Source of the DNA: Isurus oxyrinchus
Taxonomy: Eukaryota
DNA: 64,000 nt
Assembly (NCBI GenBank): GCA_026770705.1
Contig: JANJGN010000036.1
Coordinates: 1,922,001 to 1,986,000, forward strand
Direction of reading: 5' to 3'
Both the position numbers and the translations under genes were made by a program. The notes beneath the pieces were generated by a model. It searched no databases. It saw only the letters and a list, made by a program, of their open reading frames with translations, and was not told the origin of the DNA. Positions 24,650 through 37,989 of the stretch are shown one piece after another. How positions within the stretch are numbered: the stretch's first letter is position 1; each line of letters starts with the position of its first letter.

Positions 24650-26470
24650 CCTTTATGAGACTAACAGAGAGGAAAGACTTCTACAACAAGCAGCGGGAAG
24701 TTCTGGACCTTATATTCGGAATTGAGTCAGGGCAGTTGGGAAACGTATCAATAGAGGACAATTTTCGCGATAGTGAACATAACACAGTTAGATTTAGGAT
24801 AGATATGGAAAAGGATAAATTTAGGCCGGGAGTAAAAGTTCTAAGCTTGGGAAAGGCAAATTTTGCCAACATGAGGTAAGATTTTGCCCAAGTGCAATGG
24901 AAGCAGCTCCTTGCAGGTAAAACTTTATCAGAGCACTGGGAGATATTTAAGGAGGAAATAGGGAAAGTACAGTGCAAATATGTTACAGTGAAGACAAGTA
25001 GGTAAGGGTGGGCGGGGAACAGCAAGTGCGCAGAACCCTGGATGGCAAGGGGCGTAAAGGTTAGGATTGAGGCAAAAGGAGACGCTGATGGCAAATACCG
25101 AGGACTCAATACGGCAGTGTCCATAGAGGAGTATAAAAAGTGCAGGGGGGAGCTTTAAAAGGAAACTAGGAAAGATAAGAGGGTGCATGAGAAAGCATTG
25201 GTTGACAGAATAAAGGATAACCAAAGAGCTTTTTAAATAAATATATAAAGAGCAAGAGAATAACTACGGGAAGAATAGGGCCGATTATGGATCTTGGAGG
25301 TAATCTGTGTGTGGACCCGGAAGACGTGTGTACAGTTCTCAATGACCACTTTGCTTCAGTCTTCACAATGGAAAAGGTCAACACAAGTATAGACATCAAG
25401 ATGGAGGACTGTGAAATATCAGATGAAATTAACATATACTTACAGGGGGCACTAGCGGTTTTAGTGGCCTTAAAACTGGATAAACCTGTAGGCGCAGATG
25501 AGATGCATCCCTAGGCTATTGAGCGAGGCAAGGGAAGAGATATCCAGGTCCCTGGCAGTAATTTTCAAATCTGCTCTGGCCACAGGTGAGGTGTTCACTT
25601 TGTCCCATGATTAATAAAGGGAGGAAGAGTTAGACAAGGAAATTCCAGGACAGTCAATCTAACCTCCATAGTGGTGAAGCAACTAGAAATAATTCTGAGG
25701 AGTGGAATATACCTACACTTGTAGAGACACGGATTAATCAGGGATAATCAGCATTGTTTTGTTCAGGAGCTTGGTGTCCATATCCATGGATACCTGAAGG
25801 CATTCAGGCAGGTTGGTAAGGTGGTTAAGAAGACATATGGGATGCTTGCGTTTAATAGCTGTGGTGGAGAATAAAAGAGCAGGGAGGTTATGATGGAACT
25901 GTTTAAAACCCTGGTTAAGCCATAACTCGAGTACTGCGTGCAGTTCTGGTCCCCACATTATATGCGGGATGTGATTGCACTGGAGTGGGCGCAGTGGAGA
26001 TTTACCAGGGTGCTGCCTCGGCTGGGGAGTCTGAGCTTGAGTAAAGATTGGATGGGCTGTGGTTGGTTTCCTTGGATCAGCGAAGGTTGAGAGGGGAACT
26101 GATAGAGAAGTATTAAGTTAAGAGGGGCATAGGTAGGGAGGATAAGAAAGCACATTTTCCATTAGTAGATAGGCCAATAACCTAGGGGCACAGATTTAAG
26201 GTAAGAGGTAGAAGACTAAGGGGGAAATTGAGGAGAAATGGTTTCGCCCTGCGGGTAGTGGGAGTATGCAAATCACTGCCTGAAAGGGTAGTTGAGTCAA
26301 CAATTCTCGTAACATTTAGGAAGTATTCAAATATTCACTTGCGTTGCGTTAGCCTCCAGGGCTATAAGCCAATCGTTTGAAAATGGGATTAGTGTAGTCA
26401 GATCTTTGGTGGCCGGCGCGGACACAATGGGCTGAATATCCTAGTTCTCTGCTGCAAGCGTTTATGAGTC
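24650..26470 (+). mobile_element. CR1-type LINE ORF2 fragment (endonuclease end to 3' end, internally deleted)
   Basis: LDLIFG..NFRDSEHNTVRF; LKLDKPVGADEMHP; VNLTSIVVKQLE; LFKTLVKP.LEYCVQFWSPH; multiple stops. Confidence 0.85.
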
Positions 26471-29400
26471 CATGAAAATGGTCGTAGAACATTCTGATTG
26501 TGGGAAAATCACTCTGCAGACACTAAGATCGTATGGATATATTGCAACTGTTCAAATCAACGAAAATGGCGACAGCCATTCTCTGGTTATTTCCCCAGCA
26601 TAATGTCGTGAGCAATCAGATAACCTGTCTGGTTTCAATTTTAACAAAGTTTGGCAGTTAACTGTCAATCAACAGTTAACTTGTGCATTTTCCATGCAAA
26701 CACCTCTGCCAGTCACGGACCACATGCCAAACAATCTGTACTCTCTTCTGATGAAATATAAATTGTTCCTCTTACATTTAGTATTCTTGCGATCTTTCCT
26801 GAGGAGCGCAAGTCCAAAAGCTTCGACATCATGTTCATTATTTCGGCAATTTACCCATTTTGGCATTTAATCTCTCCCAATATGTCAATGCAACTTACCC
26901 GTTTGTCGCTTATTCGGCCTCTTGCTTTGCCTTTTGCCTCTCAAGCTAAAACAGAATGCGGACAGATATATCAAACACGTGCTAGGTCTTGTAACTCCTG
27001 GCTCAGGCGCCGAAAGTAATTGAGAAGTGAATTGCCAATCTTAGATTCTACCTTAAACAATCATAGAACATTTCTGAATATGATATTTGAACCGGTGTTG
27101 GGGTTGAATTCGGTTTGACACAGTGTAAAAGAGAAAAAGATTGTTGTGATGAACTTTGCAAATTGTTCAGTTACTCACTTTTCATTGGGGGTTCTCCTGC
27201 CTCGCTCTTCTGGAAGAAGAATGTGTAATTAGTTATTGAAATCTCCGAGAAGGGAATCACACTGGAGGAACAAGTACTGAAATGACTCTGATAACCATTA
27301 ATCCTCACCCGATCTGCTGTTTTTACGCATCCAAATGGAAATGAGCACCAAGAGTAGAATCAGTACCAACAGGATAGTTACGGCAACAGGAAGAGCCAGT
27401 TTGCACCAACCTACAGAGACAAAATACTTAGAAACTACTGCTGGGTTAAATCATTCTTACCTGCGATTCTCTGAAGGGAAACGGGAACCAGCTAAAAAGC
27501 TGGATCCTCAAACTCGGGTGTGAATGTAAATTAAAAAAAAACAGTCAGCAATGGGACTGAGAGCGGAGCGTGGATGCGCAGAATGGATTCAATGGCGCAG
27601 TGTTTGCTAGTGGAGATGAATTAATCAACAACACTGTCAGGATTTTTTCACATGCTTAATGTATCAGCATGTATGATGAAAAACATCACACCAATATCTT
27701 AGTTGAAAATTGAATCTTGGAATGATACAGCAAAGAAGGAGTCTAATAGTATCTGTGGTGAGAAAGACAGTTAATGTTTCGAGTCCATATGACTCTTCTT
27801 CAGAGCTACAGACTCGAAGTGTTAACTCTGTCTTTCTCTCCACAGATGTTGTCAGACCTGCTGAGTTTCTTTTTGCCAGCATTTTTTGTTTTTGTTTCAG
27901 TTTTCCAATATCCGCAGTATGTTGCCTTCATAAAAGAAGCAGTTGAGTCGGCTCATCGTATCTGACTTGGCTCTTTGAAAGAGCTATCCAGTTATTACTA
28001 CTCTCCCTGTTCTTTCCCACATAACACTGCACATTTTCCCCAATGAGTATTTATCCGATTCCCCTTTTGAAAGTTCCTATTGAATCTGCTTCCACCGCCC
28101 TTTCAGGCAGCGCCTTCCAGGTCACAACCATACGCTGTTTAAAAAATAAAATCCCCTCATCTGCCCCTCTAGTTCTTTTCCCGATTCTCTTCAATCTGTG
28201 ACCCCTCTGGTTAACGACCCTCCTGCCCAGTGGAAACCGTTCCTCCTTATCTACTCTGTCCTAACCCCCCCTTCCTGATTCCGAACGCCTCGATTCAGTC
28301 TCTTGCTTAAACTTCTCCTCTCTAAGAAGAAAAATCCCAGCTTCTCCAATCCCTCCACGTTAACTGATGCTAATTCTGATTAGAAGTCCCATTCTGGTCA
28401 ATCTCCCCTGCATCCTCTACAAGGCCTTGACATCCTTCCAAACCAATAGTGCCCAGAACTGAGCACAATGCTACAAACCTGGCCAGCCGGATGTTTATGA
28501 ATTTTAAGTCTATCTTTTTTGTTTTTAGTCTCGATTCCTCAATTAATAAAGTGAAGAATTTCACGACATTTAACAGCCATTTCGGTTTATCCTTCCACCT
28601 CCAAGCATTTATGGCATTAGAGAGTGATTACAGCAAAGAAGGTGGCCATTCAGCCCATCGTGTCTGTGCAGGTTCTCTGCAAGCACAACTCACAGAGCTC
28701 TACTTCCCTGCTTTACCGCGTCATCTTGCATTTTGTTTTCCTTTTCAGGTAATTCTCCAATTTTCTTTGGAAAGTAATGATTGAATCTGCCTCTACTACA
28801 GTCCCACACATTACATTCCATATTTTAACCACTCGCTGCAGAGAAGGATTTATCGTCTTGTCACTGTAACTGCTTTTTTTTCAATCAGTTGAAATCCGTG
28901 CCCTTCGCTTCCCAATCAGCCCACCAATGGACCGGTTTCTTCCTAACTGAGCTGTCCATAAACCTTATAATTTTGAACACCTCTATCAAATCTCCTCTAA
29001 ACCTTCTCTTCTCCCAGGAAAGCAGCCCCAGTTTCTCCAATCAATGCATTTAACTGAAGTTCCTCATCCCAGGAGCCATTTTAGAGAACTATTCCTGCAC
29101 TCTCCCGCTTCACATTCTTCCTAAAGTTCTGTGCCCAGAACTAGACAGAATAATTTAGTTGAGGCCAAACCAGAATATTGTAGAGATTCATCAAGGCTTC
29201 CCTTTCTTTTGGTCTCCCGGCCATATTTCTAAAGGCCAGGATCCTCTATGCTTTATACGCGGCCCTGACACGATCAATGAATTGTGCACCTGAACCCACA
29301 TGCTCGCCCACATGTTTTACGTGTGATAAACTTGAGCTGGTTCGAACAATCCAAACTCAGTGAAAATTCAGATCCTTGGCTTAATGTTACGTAAGATTGC

Positions 29401-29782
29401 TGATATCATGGATTAAAATTAAAATAGGTTTTAAGGGGAGTTTGGAGATGATAAATGAGGTTCCTGGGGGGTAAAAGAGGAAACTAAATGGACGACAAGT
29501 CTCAGCAAACCTGTCCATTTTACGGAACAAATTCACTTCTTGGCCGTTGTTTGTTCGCTCACAAAGCGCATCCAGATCGGAACTGACCTCAGCCAAATTA
29601 CAAGACCCATTGCATGAAAAGGGCGATGCAAACAGATACAATCACGACTTTCAAAGGGGAATTATATGATTCCAAAGTCTCTACAGACATATAAAGCAGA
29701 ACAAGAAGGTATATACAAGAACAAAAGACTATTCTGGACTGAGGAAGCAATAATTTATTTCAAAATAATTTAACAAGTGAAC

Positions 29783-29915
29783 GCACACACACACACACAC
29801 ACACACACAGACGCACACACATACAAACACACAGAGGTAGACAGACACGAACATACACATAAACACACAGAAAGACACGGACGCACAGAAAGACACAGGC
29901 ACACACACCCACACA
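29783..29915 (+). repeat. CA-rich microsatellite
   Basis: Imperfect (CA)n. Confidence 0.85.
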
Positions 29916-30522
29916 CGTTCAACTATAGATTCAGTTGGAGTGCCGACTGTGAAATGAATACATCCAACAGAAAACCCTATGTATTTGTAGATTATCTATT
30001 GGAGGTCTTCTGTTCACTTTCGGCGGGATCTTAGAAGCTAGACAATTAATACAATTGAAGCCAAAGTTGAATAGATCCTCCATTGTACAGATCACGAACT
30101 CAATTGTCCCTGTCCCTGCTGCCTTGGAGAACAACACGCTCTTCGTCCAGTTTTTGCTGAGACACCCCAGTTGAACAATACAAGTACAGAGGCCGCCGCT
30201 CCCCCAGGTATCCCTGGACACCATGACGTGACTTCTGATGCTGTAGGTCCCGTCCTCCTCACTTGTACTGCGATCGTTCTGTCGCTCAGTGACCATGCAG
30301 GAAATATTCCAGAAGACAGCAAGGTGGTTGGAAGAAACTCCACTGACTGTAGCCCCTAAGGGGACGGTTTCCCTCAAATTCAGATCACCCAGCGGACAAG
30401 AACCAGCACAGCCGTCTTGTTGGTAGAACTGTCTGGACAGAAATTGGGACACAGTCAACGATTAATTTGTTCCAAATGTTAATGCTGTGCATGATCTGAA
30501 TTCATTTCACTTGCTCTCTTAC

Positions 30523-30855
30523 CTCCCACCAGTAGTGTGGGTCCATTCTGGAGCGGCGTATTGACATCCATATGAGGACAGTAGTAGGAACCCGAGTCAT
30601 TCACCTGGACATTGCGAATTTCCAAAATCAATATATATTTGCTTTTGTCTTTTTTCGAAATAAACTTACAGTCGGCCCCCTGACAGAGATGGATATCGAT
30701 TAGTTTCGGGACTTCACCCACACGTTGTTTGTACCAGAAATAGCTCGACACCAATTCCATTTCGTAAATGTGGTAACAGGTTAATTCCACCGTCTTTCCG
30801 ACTTCAGCTGTCATTATGAAGGGACTCTGAGGCAGAGAGTGTTCGGATTCTGTAA
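30523..30855 (-). CDS. B1 V-set exon (open frame, joined J-like LQNGPTLLVG)
   Basis: VELTC..YFWYKQ..PKLI..HLCQGADCKF..LEIRNVQVNDSGSYYC; 333 nt, canonical AG/GT, phase 1-1. Confidence 0.85.
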
Positions 30856-32699
30856 CTAGAGAGATTATTGTTACATTACTACATTGAGAGATGGGAGGAA
30901 TGCTCTTGTAACAAAATCAACCGTAATTTAAGAAGGATATTGTTATTGTCTTTAATTATTTTTGGTTAGACTAATTCTGCACTTGCCTTTGCTTCGCTTT
31001 ATAGCAGAAAACAGAAAACAAACTCACATCCTCCGGTCAAATCCCTTCACCTAATCATCGGGTCACATTTTCAGCTTAGTAAACACAGATTCTGGCTGAT
31101 TCCAATTTAAAACTCCTACCCGTCTTTTACCATAAACCCGCAGCGCTTGGAAAATGAGCATCAGAGATAAAGGTTCCATGGACATCATGATGCGGTGAGT
31201 TCCTCCCTGTTTTCGCTCTCACCAGTTTGTTATTGTAGGCGTAGTGGCCGCAGACTGACCTGAGCTCAGCACCAGTGAGTTGCTCCCCTTTCGATGCGGT
31301 GGAAACTATGATGAGTTATGCTATGGTAAGTGTGACACCAATTTGGGCGTGGTGCCCTGGTGAATGCCACATACATTTGTCATGTTGTAATCACTGTCAC
31401 AGCGACCAAGTGGCTGGGTATCTATAAAAAGATTTAATCTGTTGAAAGGGTGTCACTGAATTCTAGCTTTGAGGGTGCATGCTGAATATTGAAGTTAAAT
31501 TTCAATTCATTCTTAGGATGCATGTTTCGGTGCCTGGGGCAGCAGGTATCAACCATCCTAAGGGCCGCTTGTGAAGCTGGCGGTGTTCCGCCTTCTTGAA
31601 TAACCGCAGCCCATGTGGTGTATGTACGCCCAGTGCTGTAAATTGGCAGTGAAGGAAAGGCGATACAGTTCCAAAACAAGCTTGTGCGTGACTCGGAGGG
31701 GAACTTGCAGGTGGCTGTGTTCCCATCAGTCTGTTGCCCTGATCCTTCTGGGAGATAGATGTTGTGGATTAGCAGGGTGAATGACCAGAATTCACAATGT
31801 GGTGCAATAGTGCTCAGTAAAATTCATTCTGTAAAGAGTTTGTAGACGATTCTTGATACAACCTGCTTAACACAGAGAGTGGAAAACATTGACAGATCAT
31901 CGCATTGAATGGGTGGTTTTGAAACATATGGCGCCAGCCTCAGTGAGAGGTCCCGGTATTCCCTGTGTGTATACAGTACACATTGCAATTTCTGTGAGCT
32001 GCTGATTAAAGAAACGCTTTATTTATGAATAATCTTGGGGATCTGTAAATTTTATTCATATGCCGGACATTGCAGATACACATGCAACCGGTGTCACGTC
32101 GATGAAGACACGGTAAATGAGGTCAGTTATACACCAGTGACATGTTCAGTTGCAGCAATCCTGGGCGGCAGGTCCTGAACTGCCTGCTGTTTAACACTAA
32201 GTCCTAATGTTTAATCTCTAAAGGCAGTTTTGCGCGCGAATTGTCTCAATTTTAAAAGCAGTAAAGCCACGGAGAGATTATGGCTCGAAATTCATTTCCA
32301 TCTCAAGCCTAAACTGTACAGAAACTCGGAGAGTGATTTACGCCCCTCAGTGTGCTTTGCACAGCCCCCGAATGGGCTCTGACGGCCGCGTCTTTCTGAG
32401 ACTCGAGGCAAACAGCGGCTGTCGCAGCTGCAAATTTTACTGATTCGCTTTTTATCGTTCAACTTCAAGCATTTCTGCAGAAAAGTTCAGACACTCGGTA
32501 AGGAACAACACTCTCTGTTCATTTCAGAATCCATTCTGCAACTAATTCACTTGAAGATGAATGGAGCCCGACTTTGCCTCCCAGATTACGTTCCTCATTA
32601 GTATCTGAAGATTCCTTGATATGGGTTCTTGACGATTCTTGCAGTGAATTTGCTGCTTTGACCTTATAACTGGGTGAATTTTCCAATGAGAGGCTCCCA

Positions 32700-32855
32700 T
32701 GAAAAGAATGATTTGACTCAGCAGCAGTTTCTAAGTGTTTTGTCTCTGTTAAGGTGAAGCATTTTGACCCTTTGCCACAGCTGTCACGATGATCCGGGTT
32801 CTATCCTGCATCCTCATAAGGTTCTGGGTTCATTAAAGCGGCTGATCAAGTGAGT
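32700..32855 (+). pseudogene. Degenerate relic of type-B TM exon
   Basis: GAATGATTTGACTCAGCAGCAGTTTCTAAGTGTTTTGTCTCTG matches the intron end upstream of the B1 TM exon; ends at a GTGAGT donor. Confidence 0.5.
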
Positions 32856-32859
32856 AGAC

Positions 32860-33146
32860 ACACCCTCCTGTACATGACTACTGGCTGAATTTAAGCTAGT
32901 TAACCTAATGGGTGTGACTGTCTCCGGAAACATAGCGTCCAGGTAACTCTCCCCCTCCCTGATGTTCCGCAGTGTCCGAAGCTCAGACCCCAGCTCATCA
33001 ACTCTGAGCCGGAGTTCCTCGAGCAACCAACATTTGCTGCAGATGTGGTCACTAGGAACCACAATGGGATCCTCCAACTCCCAGATCATGCACCGACAAC
33101 ACATCGCATGGCCCTGCATCTGTATTTTATTTAATAAGTTTTTCAA
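32860..33146 (-). mobile_element. CR1-type LINE ORF1 N-terminus (zinc finger + coiled coil)
   Basis: CCRCMIWE..HICSKCWLLEELRLRVDELGSELRTLRNIREGESYLD, typical of the CR1 ORF1 CxxC..CxxC plus leucine-zipper region. Confidence 0.75.
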
Positions 33147-34175
33147 TTTGTTTTTAAATTTCCTACCAGTCTTTAGTTTATCAATCTGTAAAATATTTCT
33201 CCTATTTACCTTTAATCTAAAAGCAAGTTATAATAGAGATTCAAAATGCACTCTTTAAAATCAACTGGAACTCGCTCTCTCGGTAGGGTTGACGCTGAAG
33301 AGTTAGGCCTCCGATCCTGGGCCACAGTATTCACCTTTAACCTGAAATCAATTTAGAATAGGTAGTTCAAACTAGCAGTTACTTACCAACCAATGAACTT
33401 ACGGTTTTTCCTGTGATGTCACTTTGGAATTTTTCACTCGGCGTCGGTGACTGCAGGGGACACTCTTCCCAGACTCATTCGTCTCAGTATCATTCTTTCG
33501 AACCCTATCTGTATTTCAGTCCTATTAAAACTGTGTTCTATCTATCGCCATCATTTTCCTTCTATCTCTCTCTCGCTATCTCGCTATGTTTGTCTTGTTT
33601 AAACACTGTTTCTCTCTACTGCATGTCTTTCTCTCTCTCTCTATTTATGCTCTTTATAAACAGTGTCCTATATATATCTCTACCATTCTCACTCTGTGCC
33701 CCATTTAAACGGCGCGTCAAAGAATCTTTATTCTATCTCTCTCGCTATCATTCTCTCTTTCTCTCTCTCTCTTTCTCTCTCTCTCACCATTACTCTCTCT
33801 AAATGCACTTTTGTCCTATTAAGACAATGCTCTGTAAGATTTCTGCTTTCTCTTGCTTTCATTTTCTCTCGCTATCTCTTATCCCTCTATTTCATTCTTC
33901 TTCTCTATGTTTCAACGTTGTTCTATAAGATACCGTGCTCTGTCTTGCTCTCAATCTCTCCATCTTTCTCTCTACCTCTTTCCTTCTCTCTATTTATTTC
34001 TACTTCTGATCTGTTTGAACCCTGTTCTATAAGAACTTTGCTTTATTTCAGGGTGATGAAATATTCAAAATCTATTTTCTTTTTCGTGTGAACTCAAATA
34101 TTGAGGTTTTCCAAATTTCACTTGTTTAATCAATTCCACGAACGTTTTTTTTAAATGAAAGGGTTTTCTTTGCAG

Positions 34176-35035
34176 ATGCTCCGCTCCCTACCACCCGCAG
34201 TTTGCCGCTTACCGGCAGTGTGTCGGCGGCGGCGCTACTCCTTCTGGGGATGATCCTTGTGGCCGCGGGAAGGAGCTGCAGGAACCGGCAGACAGGTGGC
34301 GATTGATGTGAGACGCTGTAAATCCGCGGCACTCTCAATCTATCCGTTTGTCGATGGGTTATTGACATTTTTAGCCGGTTCAGTGTGAAATGTAGCCTTT
34401 AAAGCTCCATTTAAAGTTTACTTTCCAAGAGGCTACGTGAACATTGATGAGAAACTGACAGTTTCCAGAGGACACGAACAGAATAAAGACTTTCAAAAAT
34501 GGAAATGTTGCTACCACCCGTGGATACTCCTCACTGATTTTTTATCTAAGGCTTAACATTCGTAATTATTGTTATTTGAGTCTAGAAAACTTTGAGTAGC
34601 GAGCACTACAAGATAATAGAAACTGGACATCAGTTCCTCGAGTGCAGATGAGGTCGTGATGTAATCGAGGAGGTTAACGTGATTAAAAGATAAGATCGGG
34701 TCGATAGAGAGAAACTGCCTCCTCAGGCAGCAGGGGTAGTGAGGGGGTGGGGGGGGGGGGTGCGTGTGTGTCCGGGAGGGGCGTTGGGCCGTCGAGAACA
34801 AGGCGACAGAACCGTAAACTTGGAGCCACAATGTTCAATTGATTTGGCAGGAGGGGCTGAATGGCCTCCTACTATCCCTATGATAATGGTGTTTGTTATA
34901 TTAATAGATTCGGTTTACATTTTTTCTCCACAGACACTTTATGCCCGTTTGGCCTTTAAGGAGTATACCAAATCTGATTGGAGAGGAAAGAAGGAGATCG
35001 ATCACAGTCTGCTTCCCGAATATGACGTGTTGTAG
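34176..35035 (+). pseudogene. A3: orphan 3' half (TM + cytoplasmic exons) of a type-A gene
   Basis: TM exon 34176-34295 DAPLPTTRSLPLTGSVSAAALLLLGMILVAAGRSCRNRQT; cyt1 34432-34490 (donor lost); last exon from 34934 TLYARLAFKEY.. with a frameshifted stop. No leader, V or C1 found upstream. Confidence 0.8.
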
Positions 35036-37989
35036 AAACTTTCCTCTGTTGGGCAGGAAATTCCTAAAGCCCAACCGGTACAAATTCAGGCCATTTTTGT
35101 GATGTCGCCCAAACTAGGAACTGAAAAATCTCTCAATGTCCCCTATTCTAACGTTGAAATATCCCCTGCAGTTCCACACCGGCCTCTCCTGTTATCTGGT
35201 ACTGGTGTTTATAATTGCATTCTGCATCGTTATGCAGTATGTGAGCAAGATATTATTCAAATAGGTTTTACAATGCATCTGTGCTCAATTTATCTATTTA
35301 GTAAAATAGATTTTAAAACCAATGTTAGCTCTGTGATTTCAGTTTTCTTTAAAATTCAGACCAGATGCACCCAGGGTATTTCTGAGGACAATTTGCAAAT
35401 ACACTTATAGAGCGAATGTAAGCAGGATAGAAGTAGGGTTATGGACCGACAGATACTGATGGGGAGTTATGGTGCATTGATATGAAAACTGCAGTGTTAG
35501 TGGACCCTGAGCCTTCACTGGTTGTGTCCTGGGAGTGAACAATGTTACATTTACTCTTGAAAGAAGATCAAATCATCCGCTCTTTTGAGAATACATTTGG
35601 GTGGGTTTTGCTGACTAAAATCACAGTTGCGAAGACACTGAAAGCACAGCAGGAGGACATTCATTCCGTCACGCCAGTGCCAGCTCTTTGGATGTTCACT
35701 TTAGCCCCACACACCAGATGTCTCCCCATGACCCTAAGAATTATTCCTCTTGTAGTACCCATCCCAGTAAACGTTAGCATCCATCCTGCTTACAGCACCA
35801 CCCAGCGGCTGTGACTGAAAGAGGTTTTCTGGCGATATTAATAATTCGCAAACATGGACTCAATTCAATCCTCACATTGGAAGGTCTTGCAAACACGTGA
35901 GTAAATGCTGGTTCACTGAGATGATGCGATTTACTTCCATCACATCTTTAACCTCATAAATATTAAATGATGGACTGGAAGCCCATGGTGTGCTTATTAC
36001 TGAATATTTTTGTTGGTGATTGAACTTTGATCTGCAGAACGTCTTGTGATTCCAGTTCCTCGCGGGTAGTAACATCCCCAAATTAACACCAGCGCATTTT
36101 ACAGTAAAGATTCATTCTGCACAGATATTTCGAGAGTATTTATAGATAGTTATTAAAAGTCGCAGCTAGAAAGGCTCATCTGCTAAACAAAGCTCATCTG
36201 TCTGGAAAGATTCTGTCCTCCTCAACCTGCAGGAAAACAACTGTTTCCTTAGAAAAAAGGCATGGATTCCAGCGAGCACTTCACTATTCTCCCTATCCAG
36301 AGAACCATTCGTCGTGCTGATCACCCTGTGTATCATAGACCTCAGATATCCATTCTCTTAATATCTTGACTGATTAATCCGACAGGCAGGTTGGAGCCAT
36401 TAAGTCCCTTTGGTGGGATGGGGCAATCGACATGATCATGGGTGATGTTAGGAAATATAGATAGGTTATGTAAGTTATATGTTTATTTGGGTTTAATATG
36501 TATAAAATACATCTTTAATATCAAGCATATTTTACATATATTTTTCTATTTGAGTGTTAAAGTGTAAAACTTGGGATATAGTTTCAGTTTTGTATAGAGG
36601 CAGAGATCTAAAGCACTGTTTGCATATTTGCATTTACAATTAGTTTTATGACTCTTGAAAAGAAGTTAAATCAAACACAAGGGCAGAAAAAGTGTTGTTG
36701 GTGCCTAGCAACAAGAGACCAGAGAGGGAGGGCACACACACATACACGAAAAAAAACACACACACAAACACAAGCACACACACGCACACACACAACAGAG
36801 AGAGAGTGAGATAGAGGGAGAGACAGAGAAGGGTTTGGGTGTGGGGTTGGGGTGGGGGTCAGAAAGCAACAGTTTGAGTTCACTTGGGAGGAGCTGCCAG
36901 AGAGTGGCTAGGCAACAGAGGGACAAATAGCAAGTCCCGAAGCGAAGTTGAAGCCAAGACTCCAGAGAAGCAGTCTACTGGGAGAAGGAGCTGAAGGGAG
37001 CCGATTTTGCAAAAAATCCGACAGGTCCCAAGGCCAAGGAGCGAGACAGGAACAGGAGAAAGTCCCAAGGTGGCTTTCTAGCCAAATGACGGACAGTAAC
37101 GCGGAAAAGATCCTGCTTTGTGAAGTTACCAGTGAGGGGCAGAGGAAGGCTCCAAACTTTAAGCTTATAGAGAGGAATATGCAGGAAGCATATTTACTTC
37201 GAGATATGCTTGAGACAATGCAGAATGTCTAAGGAGACAGCTAATGGTCTGAAACTCTTTACTATGGGCATGTGAATAGTGTTGCGCTGTTGATGGTTGA
37301 GTCAGTGAAATAGAGTTCATGGTGGAAACTTTCAGTGCACGTCGTGATCCTGTGGAGAGAAACTTTGGTAGGAGAGTCGAAGCCCAGGAGGTAGACACTT
37401 GTGGAAGGCGTCAAGGAGAAAGCATTGATTTGGATGAAGGTCCCAAAGCGAGTTCCTGGAGAGTGGAGATTGGAAAGCATCTTCTGAAAGAAGGAGATCA
37501 GTGAAACTGGTTGCCTCACGGTGTGAGAAGCGTCATATCGGGCAGGGGCTTGGGAGTGTGGCGATGGGGTTTGAAGAGAGGCCCATGGCATCTGTTTGGG
37601 TGTGGTGCACGTGGTGGGTCGAGTTGATTGGATATTTCCTATAGTCTCAATTTACCATGCAAATCTACCTGGGGAGTTACAGGAAGGAAGTTCTGTTCAG
37701 GCTGTACCTAAACCTAAGCCCCTCACGTGTGAAAAAGGGCAGCTGCCTTTGAGGGAGAAACACCGTCAAACATTCAGTCTGCTGCCACCGGAGAAAGTGG
37801 TTGAAGGACTGAATGACCCAATTCACATCCAAGCTTGAGAATTTTTAAAGTGAAGCATTAATATGCCCAGATGATAGTTGACAGGAAACAGTTAATGATT
37901 CCTTCAGAGACCCAGTTAAACTGTTTTGACATTTACACCGAAGCACTTTATTGGTCGATTTATGGCTTCAGGCAATATTTAAAAAAAAT

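Larger units (their letters stand above)
24311..31188 (-). pseudogene. B1: type-B V-C1-TM receptor gene with intact leader+V but disrupted C1
   Basis: Leader 31188-31131 (MMSMEPLSLMLIFQALRVY); V 30855-30523 open; C1 30432-~30104 has a 1-nt deletion near its start, loss of the B-strand Cys (PLGATV vs PLVCLV in B2) and a mutated donor; TM 27410-27309 GWCKLALPVAVTILLVLILLLVLISIWMRKNSRS; cytoplasmic exons 27209-27179 and 26945-26899, possibly 26798-26776 and 24360-24311; 3' end uncertain. Confidence 0.75.
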
